NCBI RefSeq assembly: GCF_006345805.1 | Contig: NC_043000.1 | Coordinates: forward strand, 132,928,001-132,992,000 | Length of the DNA: 64,000 bases | Direction of reading: 5' to 3' | Origin: Octopus sinensis | Taxonomy: Eukaryota | In this document: in pieces, positions 25,136 to 38,083 of the stretch | How the letters are laid out: every line of letters begins with the position of its first letter | How positions within the stretch are numbered: position 1 is the stretch's first letter | Position numbers and translations under genes: made by a program | The notes under the pieces: generated by a model | What the model saw: only the letters and a program-made list of their open reading frames with translations | What the model was told of the DNA's origin: nothing | Database searches by the model: none

Positions 25136-25482
25136 TAGTTAGTTAGTTAATTTTTGGCTCAAAAATCAAAAAGCAAAGCCATGTAGGGGAACATGGAGTT
25201 ATGTACAGGGTGGTGTTCATGTAAAGAGTTCAGGCCACTTGTGGTCAAGGGAGACTTTGAACCGAGAGGTCGTCGGCATCTTCACCATCTCGTCTGGCAG
25301 CTTATTCCACGGATCCGCAACCCGGACGGAGAAAGCCTCTCTCCTTCGATTGAGATGAAATCGTTGCAGATAGAGCTTTTCGGAGTGACCCCGCAGCCGA
25401 CGCTCTGGAGCAGGAGTGAAGAACAGCTCTTTCGAGAGGTTACACTTTCCGCTCATGATGTTGTGAGCAAGAATGAGATCAC
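25136..25482 (-). mobile_element. CR1-group LINE 3' end
   Basis: Minus-strand frame RRLRGHSEKLYLQRFHLNRRREAFSVRVADPWNKLP with a (TAAC)n tail. Short TSD CAGGT at 25131-25135 and 25483-25487, inside a SINE-C head. Confidence 0.85.
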
Positions 25483-26732
25483 CAGGTATAGCTGTGCAGT
25501 TAAGAAGTTTACTTCCCATCCAAATGGTTCCGTTCCACTGTATGGTATCTTGGGAAATTATCTTTTACTATAGCCCAGGCTGATCAAAGCCTTGTGAGTG
25601 AATTTGGTAGAAAGAAACATGTCATCTATGCATGTATATGTGTGCGTGGGTGTGAGTGAATGTGTATGTGTGTGTGTGCATATGTATGATTTGTCTCCTT
25701 GACTCAACATCGTGCAATGGTTGTAAACAAGTGTCACCATCATGCAGGTAATCCTGTTTGCTTGTAGTCTTCTATAGAAGCCTGTCTGGCTATGGAGAAA
25801 TATGATTTTGCTTAGAAATATATGGATGAGGGCTTGTCATAGAAAATCATTCAACAAATTTCATGTAACCCACATGAACATGGAAAAGTGGTTATTAAAA
25901 TGGTGACAACAAAGATAAGTAATGTTCTTCATCATTTAATGCTATATTTTTTAATTAAAGCTACAGCTTTAATTAAGTCTGTTCAGGATTGCCTCTCTTC
26001 AGTATTTCCCATTGATAATGACTCAAAAGCTAGAAATTCATCTGGGAATCCAATAAGGAGAAGCACGAACAGATGTGATGTTTTTACACCTTTTACCATG
26101 GGCAGATATGGTGCTTTCACACCTTTTACAATAAGAGAGAATTTTTTCTGCACAGTAACTCAGTGAATTTGCCTTTAGAAGTTGAAATATGTCACAAACA
26201 TTTTAACTCATCTAAAGTTCATTTATGTCTAAACACTACTGAGCACTGATACTGCTGAATATATTTTTTCAATTGATGTTCTACTCTTGGGCCAAAATTA
26301 ATTAGATGATAAAAAAGAGGTTTTCAGTTGTTGTAGCTGTTTAGTTATTAACTGAGCAGACCTATAATCAATGGTTAAGGTAGAGCTGGACAACTCCAGT
26401 CAGCCCCACTAGAGAAGGACTATGCTATAGATTAAACTTTTAACAAAAATTCTGGTTGTACAGTTTATATTTTTGAGATTTATAACATAAAACATATGGT
26501 CACTTTTAAAGAAATAGTAGGTATTTTGTTGAGTAAGGTTTGGCTGTTATTTTCAGAGGATCATGTGACTATATAGAAGTTCCTTTACTGGTTTTGTGCT
26601 TCCACACTGGTTTGCCTCTCTGCACTATATACTTTGGTATAACAGGTTTTAGGTTTTGAAATCTTGAATATTACTTAATATACATTAAATTGTGTTTGTG
26701 GCAAATGGTTTTTTTTTTTTCTGATGACATAG

Positions 26733-26793
26733 CCAGAATTGGGATGGAAGAGAAACATCCATGACCCTCTGACTGGTAAATGGAAGCAAAGAG
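26733..26793 (+). other. candidate coding exon, unidentified
   Basis: T-rich acceptor ..gacatag| and GAG|gtaatt donor. Frame PELGWKRNIHDPLTGKWKQR. No homology recognised. Confidence 0.2.
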
Positions 26794-27556
26794 GTAATTT
26801 CAGTTTAAAGATCTGGCCCAAATTCTTGTAACTGAATAAATACACCAGGTAACAGTTAGATTTGACAATGGATTAAGTCTACCATTCAAGAACAAGAAGG
26901 GTCACTCCAAAGGGCCTTCAAACATTGCTTATTAGCCAAACTTCACTTGCAAGGCTTTGGCTGACTCAAAGCTAAGGAAGAAGATAATTGTTGATGTAGG
27001 TGGTGTGAAGTGGGATTGAACATGAAACCATGTAGTTGCAAAGCAAACTTCTTAACTTTCTTAATTGATAGTTGAACCCTAAACATAAAAATTATCATAT
27101 GATGCAAATCCAGAATTACACATGAAGGAAAACCGCTAATATAATCATAAATATTACACATGTTCACACAAGTCTTTTTAATTATACCAAATTTTCATAC
27201 ATGTAAAGGAAAGAACTCCTCAAATGAGAATGCAGTTCATTTGCCTTTTCCCTTTCACTTTTATCCTCTTCTGATTCCATCACCTTTGGTATCCAGAATA
27301 CATTGGACAATATCAACAGTCCCACCTTCTTTTGCCAAGAAGGAAGATGACAGCAGTACCAATGAACCTAATGATTGTATTATGCAACTATTACACGAAG
27401 TACAAATTATCTGTAGCTCATAAACTAGCACTTGATTGCATTACATAATTAAACTCTACTACTAGTTTGGTATTGAGTGTTCTCACATAATGTTATGTAT
27501 GTGTCTGCATGTGTGCATGTGTGTGTGTGTACATAGATAGACAGACAAACAGACTG

Positions 27557-27618
<62 letters not shown>

Positions 27619-28132
27619 TGTATGATCCATTGAATCTGAGAAGCCAATTCAATTAATAGACCAATAAAATTAACAATAAATTCCATTTTTTATGGCAGCC
27701 GTTTAATTAACGAGTCCGGTATACATTTTCTCCCATAGAACAACATTCAACAGCTGAATGTGACAAGCTGTTCCATTTAGATTATTAGCGTCACTATAAT
27801 AAGCAAACACTGATCCTTTGAAAGGAGATCATTGCCTTGAACATGCAGCTTTTCAACTCTCCTGATCTTTATTTGTTCTATGATTATATGGTTTTGTTGT
27901 AGCCATTATGATTATGAGATGGGGTTGTTCTGTGTATTGAAGAATTTTTCATTTTCTTTCAGGTCATTGTTAAATCTTTGTTAATGTAAATTATAGGTTC
28001 CGGTGAAATATCTCTTGATAGGTCTAAATATTTATTTATTGCTAGATGAATTCTTTCCATGCAGATTAAAAGATTCATAAACCCCTTACAGCTGTTACTA
28101 CCACTGTATATCTGTATGTGTTTCAGAAAGAA

Positions 28133-28175
<43 letters not shown>

Positions 28176-28514
28176 TTTATGATGAGTGCTGAAGTTAAGA
28201 TTGCAGTATAATTACAAGTAGACTGCTATTAAATTTTCTATGAGGTAAGGCAGTGAGTACCATTTGTAATCAAATGAAAGGTATCAGTGCTGTTAAAGCT
28301 CCAGTGATTTAGGGAAATTTCTCATCAATTTTGCAAAGATGAAAGTTGATAAAGTTAACTTAACATGTTATGAATGCATAATGAGATAGAGTTTATTAAA
28401 ACATACTGTGTATGTTTATAAAACTTCTTTCATCCATTGATGATTGTGTGTGTTACATGAGATACTGAGATCTCAAAGACTGGAGTCTTGAACAAATATA
28501 TATTTTAATATTTA

Positions 28515-29260
28515 TATGGCACATAAAAGGCACCATTCGAGTGTTATCATTACCAGCGTCGCCTTACTGGCACTTGTGCCCCATGCTAGTAGGGTGCTAA
28601 GAGCACAATCCGAGCGTGATCGTTGCCAGAACAGCTAACTGGCTTCCGTGCTGGTGGCACGTAAAAGGCACCATTTGAGTGTGATCGTTACCAGCGTCGC
28701 CTTACTGGCACTTGTGCTGGTGGCTTGTGTAAAAACATTCGAGCAAAGTCGTTGCCAGTGCCGCCTGACTGGCCCCCGTGCTGGTGGCATGTAAAAGCAC
28801 CCATTACACTCTCAGAGTGGTTGGCATTAGGAAGGGCATCCAGCTGTAGAAACTCTGCCAGATCAAGATTGGAGACTGGTGCAGCCATCTGGTTTGCCAG
28901 CTCTCAGTCAAATCGTCCAACCCATGCTAGCATGGAAAGCGGATGTTAAACAATGATGATGATGATGATAAAGGTCATGTAAAAAGCATCCAGCCCACAC
29001 TGTAAAGTGGTTGGCATTTGGAAGGACATCCAGCCGTAAAAACCATGCCAAAACTGATCTCACCTGGGCCCGTGCCATATAAAAAGCACTCATTTCACAC
29101 TGCTGGGTGGTTGGTGTTAGGAAGGGCATCCTGCTGTAAAAACTATGGCAAAACAGACACAGAAGTCTGGTGCAGTCTTCTGCCTGGTCAGCTCTTGTCA
29201 AACCACCAAACCCATGCCAGCATGGAAGAAGGATGTTAAATGAAGATGAAGATGATGAAA
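28515..29260 (+). mobile_element. SINE-D with about five tandem 5' modules, followed by two decayed D tails
   Basis: Repeated gccag..ctggc / cgtgctggtggcacg / taaaagcacc units and (GAT)n tails. Confidence 0.85.
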
Positions 29261-29949
29261 GGCAGGAAGCTGGCAGAATCAGCATGCCAGTTAAAATACT
29301 TTAGTGGCATTTCATCCATTTTTATGCCCTGATTTCAAATTCCGCTGAGGTTCACTTCACCTTTCATTCTTTTAAAGTCAATAAAATAAGTACCAGTTGA
29401 ACACTGGGGTTAATATAACCAAACTTGCAGGCCTTATGTCAAAATTTGAAACCAATGTTTATGCATATAAATTATGTTGTTCCTTTAAATATTTAGATGT
29501 TTAACTATAGGCATAGCTTAATTAGCTCTATTTCAAGACACTGAACACTCTTGTGATATTCACATTCATATATAATTATATATACGGCAAGATTTCATTA
29601 AATAAGCAGAGGACTTCATACTGTTATTTTGTTTACATACATTTTCCTAGAAATGTTGAAAGTATACAGCCTTTATAATTACTTTTGGTTGTTGAATTTA
29701 TTCTATTGTATTTTGTTTCAATTACAAAAGAAAACAAGTAACACAGCATTAAATATATATGATTATAAGATCTATATTCTCTACTGATCATTGTGTATGT
29801 AAATGATGGTTGCCTACGTAACATATGAAACTGGGAGATTTCAAAGTCAAGAGTTTCATAGTAGTACTTATATTAATGCCTGCCAATATAGATTCTGTTG
29901 TTTTTTGTATGATTATGTATGATTATACATATATATTATGTGCTTACAG

Positions 29950-30250
29950 GTAAGAAGCTTGCTTCCCAACTACACGGTTCTGGGTTCAGTTACACTGTGT
30001 GGCACCTTTTAATATAGTCTCAGGTTGACCAAGATTTTGTTGTAAATGGATTTGGTAGACGGAAACTGAAAGAAGCCCATCATATGTGTGTGTGTGTGTG
30101 TATCTGTGTTTGTCCTCCACCACTGCTTGACAACTGGTGTTGGTGTGTATATGTCCCAGTAGTATTGGGGTCAATTCATTTGACTTAAGTTCTTCAAGGC
30201 AGTGCCCCAGCATGGCCGTAATCTAATGACTGAAACAAGTAAATGAATAA
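29950..30250 (+). mobile_element. SINE-C
   Basis: C body, (TG)n and C tail. Confidence 0.8.
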
Positions 30251-30259
30251 AAGAATATA

Positions 30260-30595
30260 TCTCTTATGATAAAAGGCAGATTTTCTCTGCCTCCCAAATC
30301 GTTCGTTTTTATACAATTGTACAATATAGAATTTCTTCAATTGGAATTTACCTATGATTTTTCCAAGTAGATTCCATTGGGTCATGGCATGTAAAGTTTT
30401 TTCAATTTGACCCCCAATTAAGCAAAAATTCGAGAAAACTCGATATTTTACGATTTCCTTCTCTCATTTCAAGTGGTTTACTCTTGCTATTACCACCACA
30501 CTTTCTCCTACTTTCTCTTTGCAAGTGTGAAACTTTAAAGTGAAAGTATTATATAACAGGGATGAGCCATTAATAGTGGTCATCGTTTTTGCTAG
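30260..30595 (+). mobile_element. Helitron-like non-autonomous element
   Basis: 5' A|TCTCTTATGATAAAAG. Imperfect hairpin gatgagccat..gtggtcatc about 8 nt before a CTAG. Confidence 0.4.
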
Positions 30596-31609
30596 AGGAA
30601 GATCCGCTATGGTCTTATATGCCACACCACTGGTTTTCAATTCATATTAATCAAATTAATATTCAATTTTTCACCCTTATTATGTGTGTGTGTGTGTGTA
30701 TTAGCAATTCGTATAAAATTGCATCAATGACTTGAACTTGAATAAGTGGTTTCACATAAATGGGGATAAATTAAAAAGGTTTGTTGTTATTATTATTACT
30801 GTTTGACTATTGTAATACAAATTTATAGAGCCTAACATTATAATGTATGTGTATATGTTCATACATATGTATGTATATATATTTGCATGCAATTTATATT
30901 TATATTTAAACAATAAATGCAAATACAGCGAAGTTATTTTAAATTCAATCTTTTATTAGCCATCAATGAAAAGAGAATATGAGGGGGTTGAAGGAGAATA
31001 AAGTTTCCTTTTTAAAATATGGAACATTGTAGTTACATCATGAAACTGAGATAACTATACTGATTTCTAGTATTGGCACAAGGTTACAAATTCCAAGGGA
31101 GTGTATAGCCAATTCAATTTGACTAGTAGTTTGTTGCTGACCCCCAGAGGAATGAAAGGCAAAAGCAACTTTCATTTGAAGTCAGAATGTAAAGGGCTGT
31201 AATAAAATACTGCAAAATATTTTGTGGTATTTTGTTGCAACAATGATTCTGCCAATTGAATGATATTAAATTTCCTACAAAAATCAGAATAAAAGGCCAG
31301 CAGTTTGGAGCTGCATATAAAAATCTTGTGGAAAAAAAAAGACATAAAAGTGTGTTTTTTTGTTACTAAAGTTAATGTTTTCATAAGTGTTTAGCTAAAT
31401 ATAATCAAATTTTCCTCCGAATTAGATTAACTCCAGCGTGATAAGTTTCTATTTTGTAGATGAACACATTAAGTTGAGTTGAATGTCTTGCCTAATGGGC
31501 AACCAATTCTATGCTTGATACAAAAAAATTTATGCCAGGAATATTAACTGTTTGTAGTGCCAATATGCATATTAGCACCTGCTATGGATATATCAATAAT
31601 TGAATGCAA

Positions 31610-31890
31610 CATAAAATCTTTTACATTTGCTTAATTTGAAGAAAAAGTTAAACAAAACAAAGATTTGTCAGAGACTTATGTGTTGTATAATTTATTGGAA
31701 AAGAAATAAAGTGGATGAATGAATTTGCAAAGACTGTTCAAGTTATGTATGGGGATGCTAGAAGTAATGCTAGAATTTATAATAGATTTAATGGGAATTG
31801 TAAAGTTCAGTTATATATTAACCAGATATATTATAATTTCACCTTTCTTGTATTAATTCTAGTTGAAGACATATTAATGCATGAGCAGTG
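31610..31890 (+). mobile_element. old RTE-group RT fragment
   Basis: KTVQVMYGDARSNARI resembles the conserved RAVQAMYxxAxSxVR segment. Confidence 0.45.
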
Positions 31891-32359
31891 TTATTGAGTA
31901 GTTTGAATTATAGGAAGATTTAGAGGGCTTACTGTTTTGTCAAAGAGAATAGTAATTAAGTGAGATTACTATTAATGGTTGTGATCAATAGAAAATAGAT
32001 TCCTATCTTAAAACTGACAGCTGAAATTACTAGGTTCAGTTTCCCACAGATGTTACAATTAATAGGTAGCCTGGGTCAGTTCTGTAGAATGGAAGTGAAT
32101 AATTAAAGACCTGATGGAAAGTGAAAACTACTTATTTTCAAGATTTCACCTCCTATCCTGATATACTGTGAATCACATGAAAGTCAATATAATGTTGGAA
32201 TATAAACCAAAAGGTTAACAGTTCATATTCTGTCTCCAATACTGCACTCAATCCATGACAAAGACACTTAACTTTACTTAATTCAATCTAATAGGTCATA
32301 TCTACATGTCATAAGTATGTACAGTTTACCACTGTAAGCCATAAGACACTGTATAAGTA

Positions 32360-32693
32360 CAATTGCAGCATGGAAGGTGTTAATAAGCCATTTAAGAAAC
32401 ACACAAAATCCGTTAGATCCACTTCAACATTTAAATTTAATTTGTCAAAATATTTTCGTTGCTTTGAGACCGTGACATGTTCACTGACAAAATTCCTGAT
32501 GCAGCATGGAATTTTGTCAGTGAACAGGTCCGGTCTCAAAGCAACAAAAATATTTTGACAAATTAAATTTAAATGTTGAAGTGAATTTAATGGATTTTGT
32601 GGGTTTCTTAAATGGCTTTATAAACAATTGTTTTCATTCAAGCACACAATCTCAGATCAGGTCACTTGCTATGCAAGTACATCTCCGTAAAAA
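32360..32693 (+). mobile_element. long-hairpin element with A tail and 12-bp TSD
   Basis: About 115-bp inverted arms (32378-32496 and 32508-32626). TSD ACTGTATAAGTA at 32348-32359 and 32694-32705. Confidence 0.8.
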
Positions 32694-33651
32694 ACTGTAT
32701 AAGTAGTGTTTCAATAACTTGCAGTGTTGTATTCAAATTTCTTCACATGGAAAACATAATGCCAAACCTATCCAGTACATCGTCCACTAAAATTCCTCTA
32801 CAAAATCCAAAGAATTATCTTTATCTTACAAGTTGACTTTTTATCGTACAGTACAATTGGTTCCGGTGTATTTCTTAAATTACCAGTTCTAAATAAATGC
32901 AAAAATTAATCTGACTTTAGCAGGATTGGAGACCAGAATTAGAAGTCAGTTTAGACTATTAATTATAAACATTCAACCAGTTATTTAAAACCAAATCATT
33001 ATCTTGGCTTCACTTAAAATCAGTGTGTTTAGCTTAATCAAATTTAATTATTTGGTGAGCTGTCTATGAGGGGTCATAGTGTCTGTACTAGCAAGTTAAC
33101 CTTGAAATTAGCCTATAAATTATGTATGATGTACGTACGTACGTATGTGTATGCATGCACATGCACAAGAAAGAAGATGATAATAATTAAGGCAGTAAGG
33201 AATTGTCAGTTGCTATGCAAGCAAGATCAGTAATTTATGGCAAGTAAATTCTTTACAAATTATATAATTCCCAATTATCTGTTGAAATTAACGAACACAC
33301 ATTCTTTTACTTGTTTCAGTCATTTGACTGCAGCCATGCTGGAGCACCACCTTAAAGGCTGTTTTTTTTAGTTGAAATCGACCTCAAGACTTATTCTTTG
33401 TAAGCCTAGTACTTGTTCTATTGCTCTTTTTTTTGCTGAACCGCTAAGTCATGGGGGCATAAACACATCAACATTGGTTGTCAAGCGAAGGTGGGGGTGA
33501 CAAACAGACACAAATCCACACACACACACACACACATGATAAGCTTCTTTCAGATTTCGTCTATCAAATGCATTCACAAGGTTTTGGTTGGCCTAAGGCT
33601 ATAGTAGAAGACACTTGCCCAAGGTGTCATGCAGTGGGACTGAACCTGGAA

Positions 33652-33686
<35 letters not shown>

Positions 33687-33763
33687 TAATACTAAGCAAT
33701 TAAGACTACTTGGTGTAATTGATAATTATTCCAAATTAATTAATTTCACCCTTCATTGTACTG

Positions 33764-33794
<31 letters not shown>

Positions 33795-34438
33795 TATAGA
33801 GAGAGAGACACATATGTCAGCATGGAAAATGGACATCAAAGGAGGAAGAGGATGGTGATAGTGGTAGTGATGGTGGTGGTGGTGGTGATGATGACGACGA
33901 CGAAGATGTAAAACATGTTATCCAATAAATTCAAGTGCCAAAATGGTAAATAATTTAGTGGTGAATAAAAAGACAATACAAAAGGATTAAAAAGGAAAAG
34001 GTGTACAGTGGCCTACAAATACTAAGGTAATAAATTGGCAGTTTTATTTATAATTCCAGAATATTCTTGAATTTGCATGAATTTGCATATTTGTAAAAGT
34101 TCAGGCATAGTTGTGTTGTTAAAAAGTTGAAGTTCATTCACAACCATGTGGTTCTGAGTTCCATCTCACTATATGGCACCTTGAGTATCTGCTACTATGG
34201 TTTCAATGTCTTGTGAATGAAATTTAGTAGGTGGAAACTGCATGGAAGCCTGTGATATACACGTGTGTCTTTACACTGCCCTCATTTGAGCAAAACCAAT
34301 GACAATATTTTTGTATCTCCTAAACAACACGTCCCTAGAGCTCAGCATTTTCAGAGTACATGAAAGACAATGGAACAAAAATATCTCATTTGCAAAACAA
34401 GGGTTGGAGACAGGACAGGTTTGTGGCTATAGAATATT

Positions 34439-34665
34439 TATTTCTTTACTACCCACAAGGGGCTAAACACAGACGGGACAAACAAGGACAGACAAACGGA
34501 TTAAGTCGATTATATCGACCCCAGTGTGTAACTGGTACTTAATTATCGACCCCGAAAGATGAAAGGCAAAGTCGACCTCGGCGGAATTTGAACTCGGACG
34601 TGACGACAGACAAATACAGCTACGCATTTCGCCCAGCGTGCTAACGTTTCTGCCAGCTCGCCGCC
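34439..34665 (-). mobile_element. SINE-B, young copy
   Basis: Full reverse-complement copy. TSD TAGAATATT at 34430-34438 and 34666-34674. Confidence 0.9.
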
Positions 34666-34873
34666 TAGAATATTATGTCAAAAAGTCTCATGCAACCCAT
34701 ACCAGCATGGGAAAGAAAGAAAGGAGAAGGCAAAGGAGGGTAGATCCTTTTTTATGGTTTATATTATTTTTAATCCATCATGTGTAACAGAAACAGTACT
34801 AGATTAAAATAGCTATCTGTACATCATATTTAATGCATATACACCATGAAGAGCCAAATTAACAGCAGTAAAT

Positions 34874-35106
34874 GGCGGCGAGCTGGCAGAATCGTTAGCA
34901 CGCCGGGCGAAATGCTCAGCAGTATTTCGTCTGCCGTTACGTTCTGAGTTCAAATTCCGCCGAGGTCGACTTTACCTTTCATCCTTTCGGGGTCGATAAA
35001 TTAAGTACCAGTTACGCACTGGGGTCGATGTAATCGACTTAATCCGTGTGTCTGTCCTTGTTTGTCCCCTTTGTGTCTAGCCCCTTGTGGGTAGTAAAGA
35101 AATAAG
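34874..35106 (+). mobile_element. SINE-B, young copy
   Basis: Full copy, roughly 90% identical to 34439-34665. Confidence 0.9.
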
Positions 35107-35566
35107 TATTTGTCTGGAGATAATATCTCTTATGGATTCACTGAGTTAAATAACACAAATATATCACTATCAGATGATTAATGTCTTGCAGCAGAGGTGA
35201 GACTGCTAGATGTGTTTTTCTGTTTCTATGGGCTTTGCCAGTAGCATATACTCACTGACAACCGTATCCGAAAACAAAATCCATCATTGCTTATATAGGA
35301 AAACAGTGACTGGAAAATCATTGATGTTACAATTAACCAACCGACAGTTGCCAGTGAGTACATGCAACTGACAAAGCTCAGAAATGTGCCCCTAGCATTC
35401 TCACCACTGTTGCTGGGCAATTTTTGCCTTCCATTCATATATTTGTGTTATTAAACACAGTATGTCAATGACAGATATTATTACCATATGAATACCACAG
35501 TTAATTTCGCTTTTAATGATACATATGCATTAAGTTTGATACACAGCTATTATTTTTAATATTTAA

Positions 35567-35786
35567 CCCTTTCGTTACCAGCCCGGCTGAAACCGGCTCT
35601 GGCTCTGAGTACAAATGTCTTATTTTCATCAATTTTGAATTAAAGTCTTCCACCAAACCTTAGTCACAAATTATGTTCCTAACACTAGCTGAATAATAAC
35701 TAAGTTATTTTACTAAATTCTTTGTTATATTTAAAGTAATTGAAAGAAACAGAGAGCATCTCAAAATAAATACAGTAATGAAAGGG
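35567..35786. mobile_element. piggyBac-like MITE
   Basis: TIR CCCTTTCGTTAC / GTAATGAAAGGG, flanked by TTAA (35563-35566) and TTAC. Confidence 0.65.
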
Positions 35787-36017
35787 TTACATTGTGCATC
35801 ATTCTCTCCTCCTCTCATCATCCTTACTGTGTGTCACTATACTAAGAACTTCACCCAATTATTTCCCCTCTAATGTTGCAGTCCTCAAGAATTCCTTCCC
35901 TGCCCATATGCTTTCTGCAAAAATTCAAATTGGACATCAACCATATTGATCTACCCAATCTGGGGTCACATGAGCAATTAAAGTTGGGTGCTATCTTCAA
36001 ATAAACATACATAATAG

Positions 36018-36735
36018 TGGATTCCTCTTGCTTACTTTAGGACCACAAGAATTCAGTACTGCAAGCTAGTGAAATATTCATCATCATCATCGTTTAACGT
36101 CTGCTTTCCATGCTAGCATGGGTTGGACGATTTTGACTGAGGGCTGGCAAACCAGATGGCTACACCAGACTCCAGTCTGATCTGGCAGAGTTTCTACAGC
36201 TGGATGCCCTTCCTAATGCCAACCACTCCGAGAGTGTAGTGGGTGCTTTTAGTGATGTACCAGTGACGTACCATTTGATAGTTCATATTTACAGCCAAAT
36301 GGCTTAGATTAATCAATAAAGATAACTGATTTGATAATGACTGTTGTACTAAATTACAGATTATCAAAAAGAAAATTTTATGAAGAAATGAAGAACTTTT
36401 GCTGAAAAAGTAACTGGTGCATATTTATTTTCATGTTTTCTCTCTCTCATTCTTCTTTCTTTGTTCTCACTCTCTCTATCTCTACCTCTCTCTCCTCCAC
36501 TCTGTTATTCTCTCTCTCTCTCAAAATTGCTCTTCTTTTTCATGTTTCTCTCTGCAGGTGGTAAATTGACAGAAGCATTTAAGAATCAGCATCAAATGAA
36601 ATAAATTGTGGCATTCCTCTTGCTTACTATAGGACCACAAGAGTTCAGTACTGCAAGCTAGTGAAATATTCTTTAGTAAAATAGTGATGTACCATTTGAT
36701 AGTTCATATTTACAGTCAAATGGCTTAGATGATTG
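36018..36735. repeat. local tandem duplication of intronic-type sequence
   Basis: 36018-36310 (split by a SINE-D) matches 36610-36735, and 36320-36610 matches 39350-39650. Confidence 0.85.
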
Positions 36736-37057
36736 AGAATTGATTCATCAAGCAGTAAGCCAGCACTCTCAGTAACTTAGCTAGCAACAGCATTCAGTAA
36801 TTCTTTCCAGTCCTTATGCAACATTATCTAATTCATTCAGCTTATATATTATTTATCCATTTGACATTTAATCAGAGATACAAATAAAAAAAAAACAACA
36901 TTTAAATAAGCAATATTTTACAGCTTAACAATAATTATCTCTTGTTTACTCTAGAAATACTAATACGAAAGTAAATATTTTCTCTTTGAAACACTCAAGT
37001 TGTCATTCTTCATTTATTTTTTTCTGTCTTTGTTTTTGCTTGTTACTTTTTTTTATT

Positions 37058-37120
37058 ATTCATTCATTCATTCATTCATTCATTCATTCATTCATTCATT
37101 TATTCATTCATTCATTCATT
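37058..37120. repeat. (TTCA)n
   Basis: Directly visible. Confidence 0.95.
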
Positions 37121-37879
37121 CAAAGATTTATGCCAAAATTACTGGCACATTCCCTCTCTTATTAATAAGTAGAAGCAGCAAGCATTTGAAAACAAAGGTA
37201 CAATGTACTAGAAGTACTTAAAAATGATAATGTTTCATAAATACTACACTATTTACGGAAAAGTAAAAAGCAGTGATACATCAGTGTCTATTTTTATATC
37301 AAGTGTGACTTTGTAAAATAGCTGGCTTCATGTCAACAAATAACATTTCATCTTGAGAGGATAAACAACAAATAGTAGTTTATTTATTTTCTTATCATTA
37401 TGGCTGAGGAAGGACATTAACACGACCTGCAATGGAAAGAGCAAGGTCTTTCCACTGAGAGTAGGAAATAACTGAAACAGATATAGTTAACAACAAAACA
37501 TGTTAGATTTGCTAAATAAATTACAAAAAAACAAAAAACAAAAAAACAAAAAAAGACTGAAATATTTCAGCTAAGATAATCTAAACCTTATACATGATTA
37601 TAGTTTAGAGGTGAAAAATCTATGACTAATAAGATTTTGTTTATTTCCTATCAAATCTGTATGTTTATAAGTCACCTTACAAAGTGACTTGTAAACATAT
37701 GGTGACTTATAAAGATACAAGCAAAATGCACCCCCCTCCCCGTCCAATGGACAGTGCTGAGTTGTCAAACATTTAAACCAAATTTTCTCAAAACAACTTG
37801 TCCGACCGTCCCATAGGCCTCCCCTTTGAGAAACACTGATTTAACCTAAATTTGAGACACCAGCAAAAGAAGAAATAAA

Positions 37880-38083
37880 GATAGACTTTTTTTCTATTTC
37901 AAAGAAAAATTATTTTATTCACTTTATCAATCGCATGGAATCGATTTTTGTAATTTTTTCAAGACTTACACACGCCCTGATACCTTCGGTATCTACATAT
38001 CAAATTTGAGCGCAATCGGATGGAGGATGCCTGAGATCCTAGAAGACACACACACACAGACAGAACGGATTTTATATAATAGA
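37880..38083 (-). mobile_element. Helitron-like 5' end fragment
   Basis: Reverse complement begins A|TCTATTATATAAAA..ctgtctgtgtgtgtg, the same architecture as 62265. Confidence 0.45.

Noticed and set aside
27720-28110. Possible decayed Penelope RT/GIY-YIG linker on the minus strand
   Set aside because: Only scattered residue-level resemblance; too weak to call without an alignment.
28775-28800. Pistol-ribozyme-like P1 hairpin followed by TAAAA in SINE-D modules
   Set aside because: The P2/P3 elements and cleavage-site arrangement of pistol are absent. Kept only as a generic structure finding.
36557-36605. Peptide GKLTEAFK / GKLAEAFK (also at 39597) after a strong acceptor, resembling NDRG-family PGKLTEAFKYF
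   Set aside because: The DNA is a decayed SINE-B head (ggcggcgagctggcagaa..), which continues at 39600-39775. The similarity stops after 8 residues.
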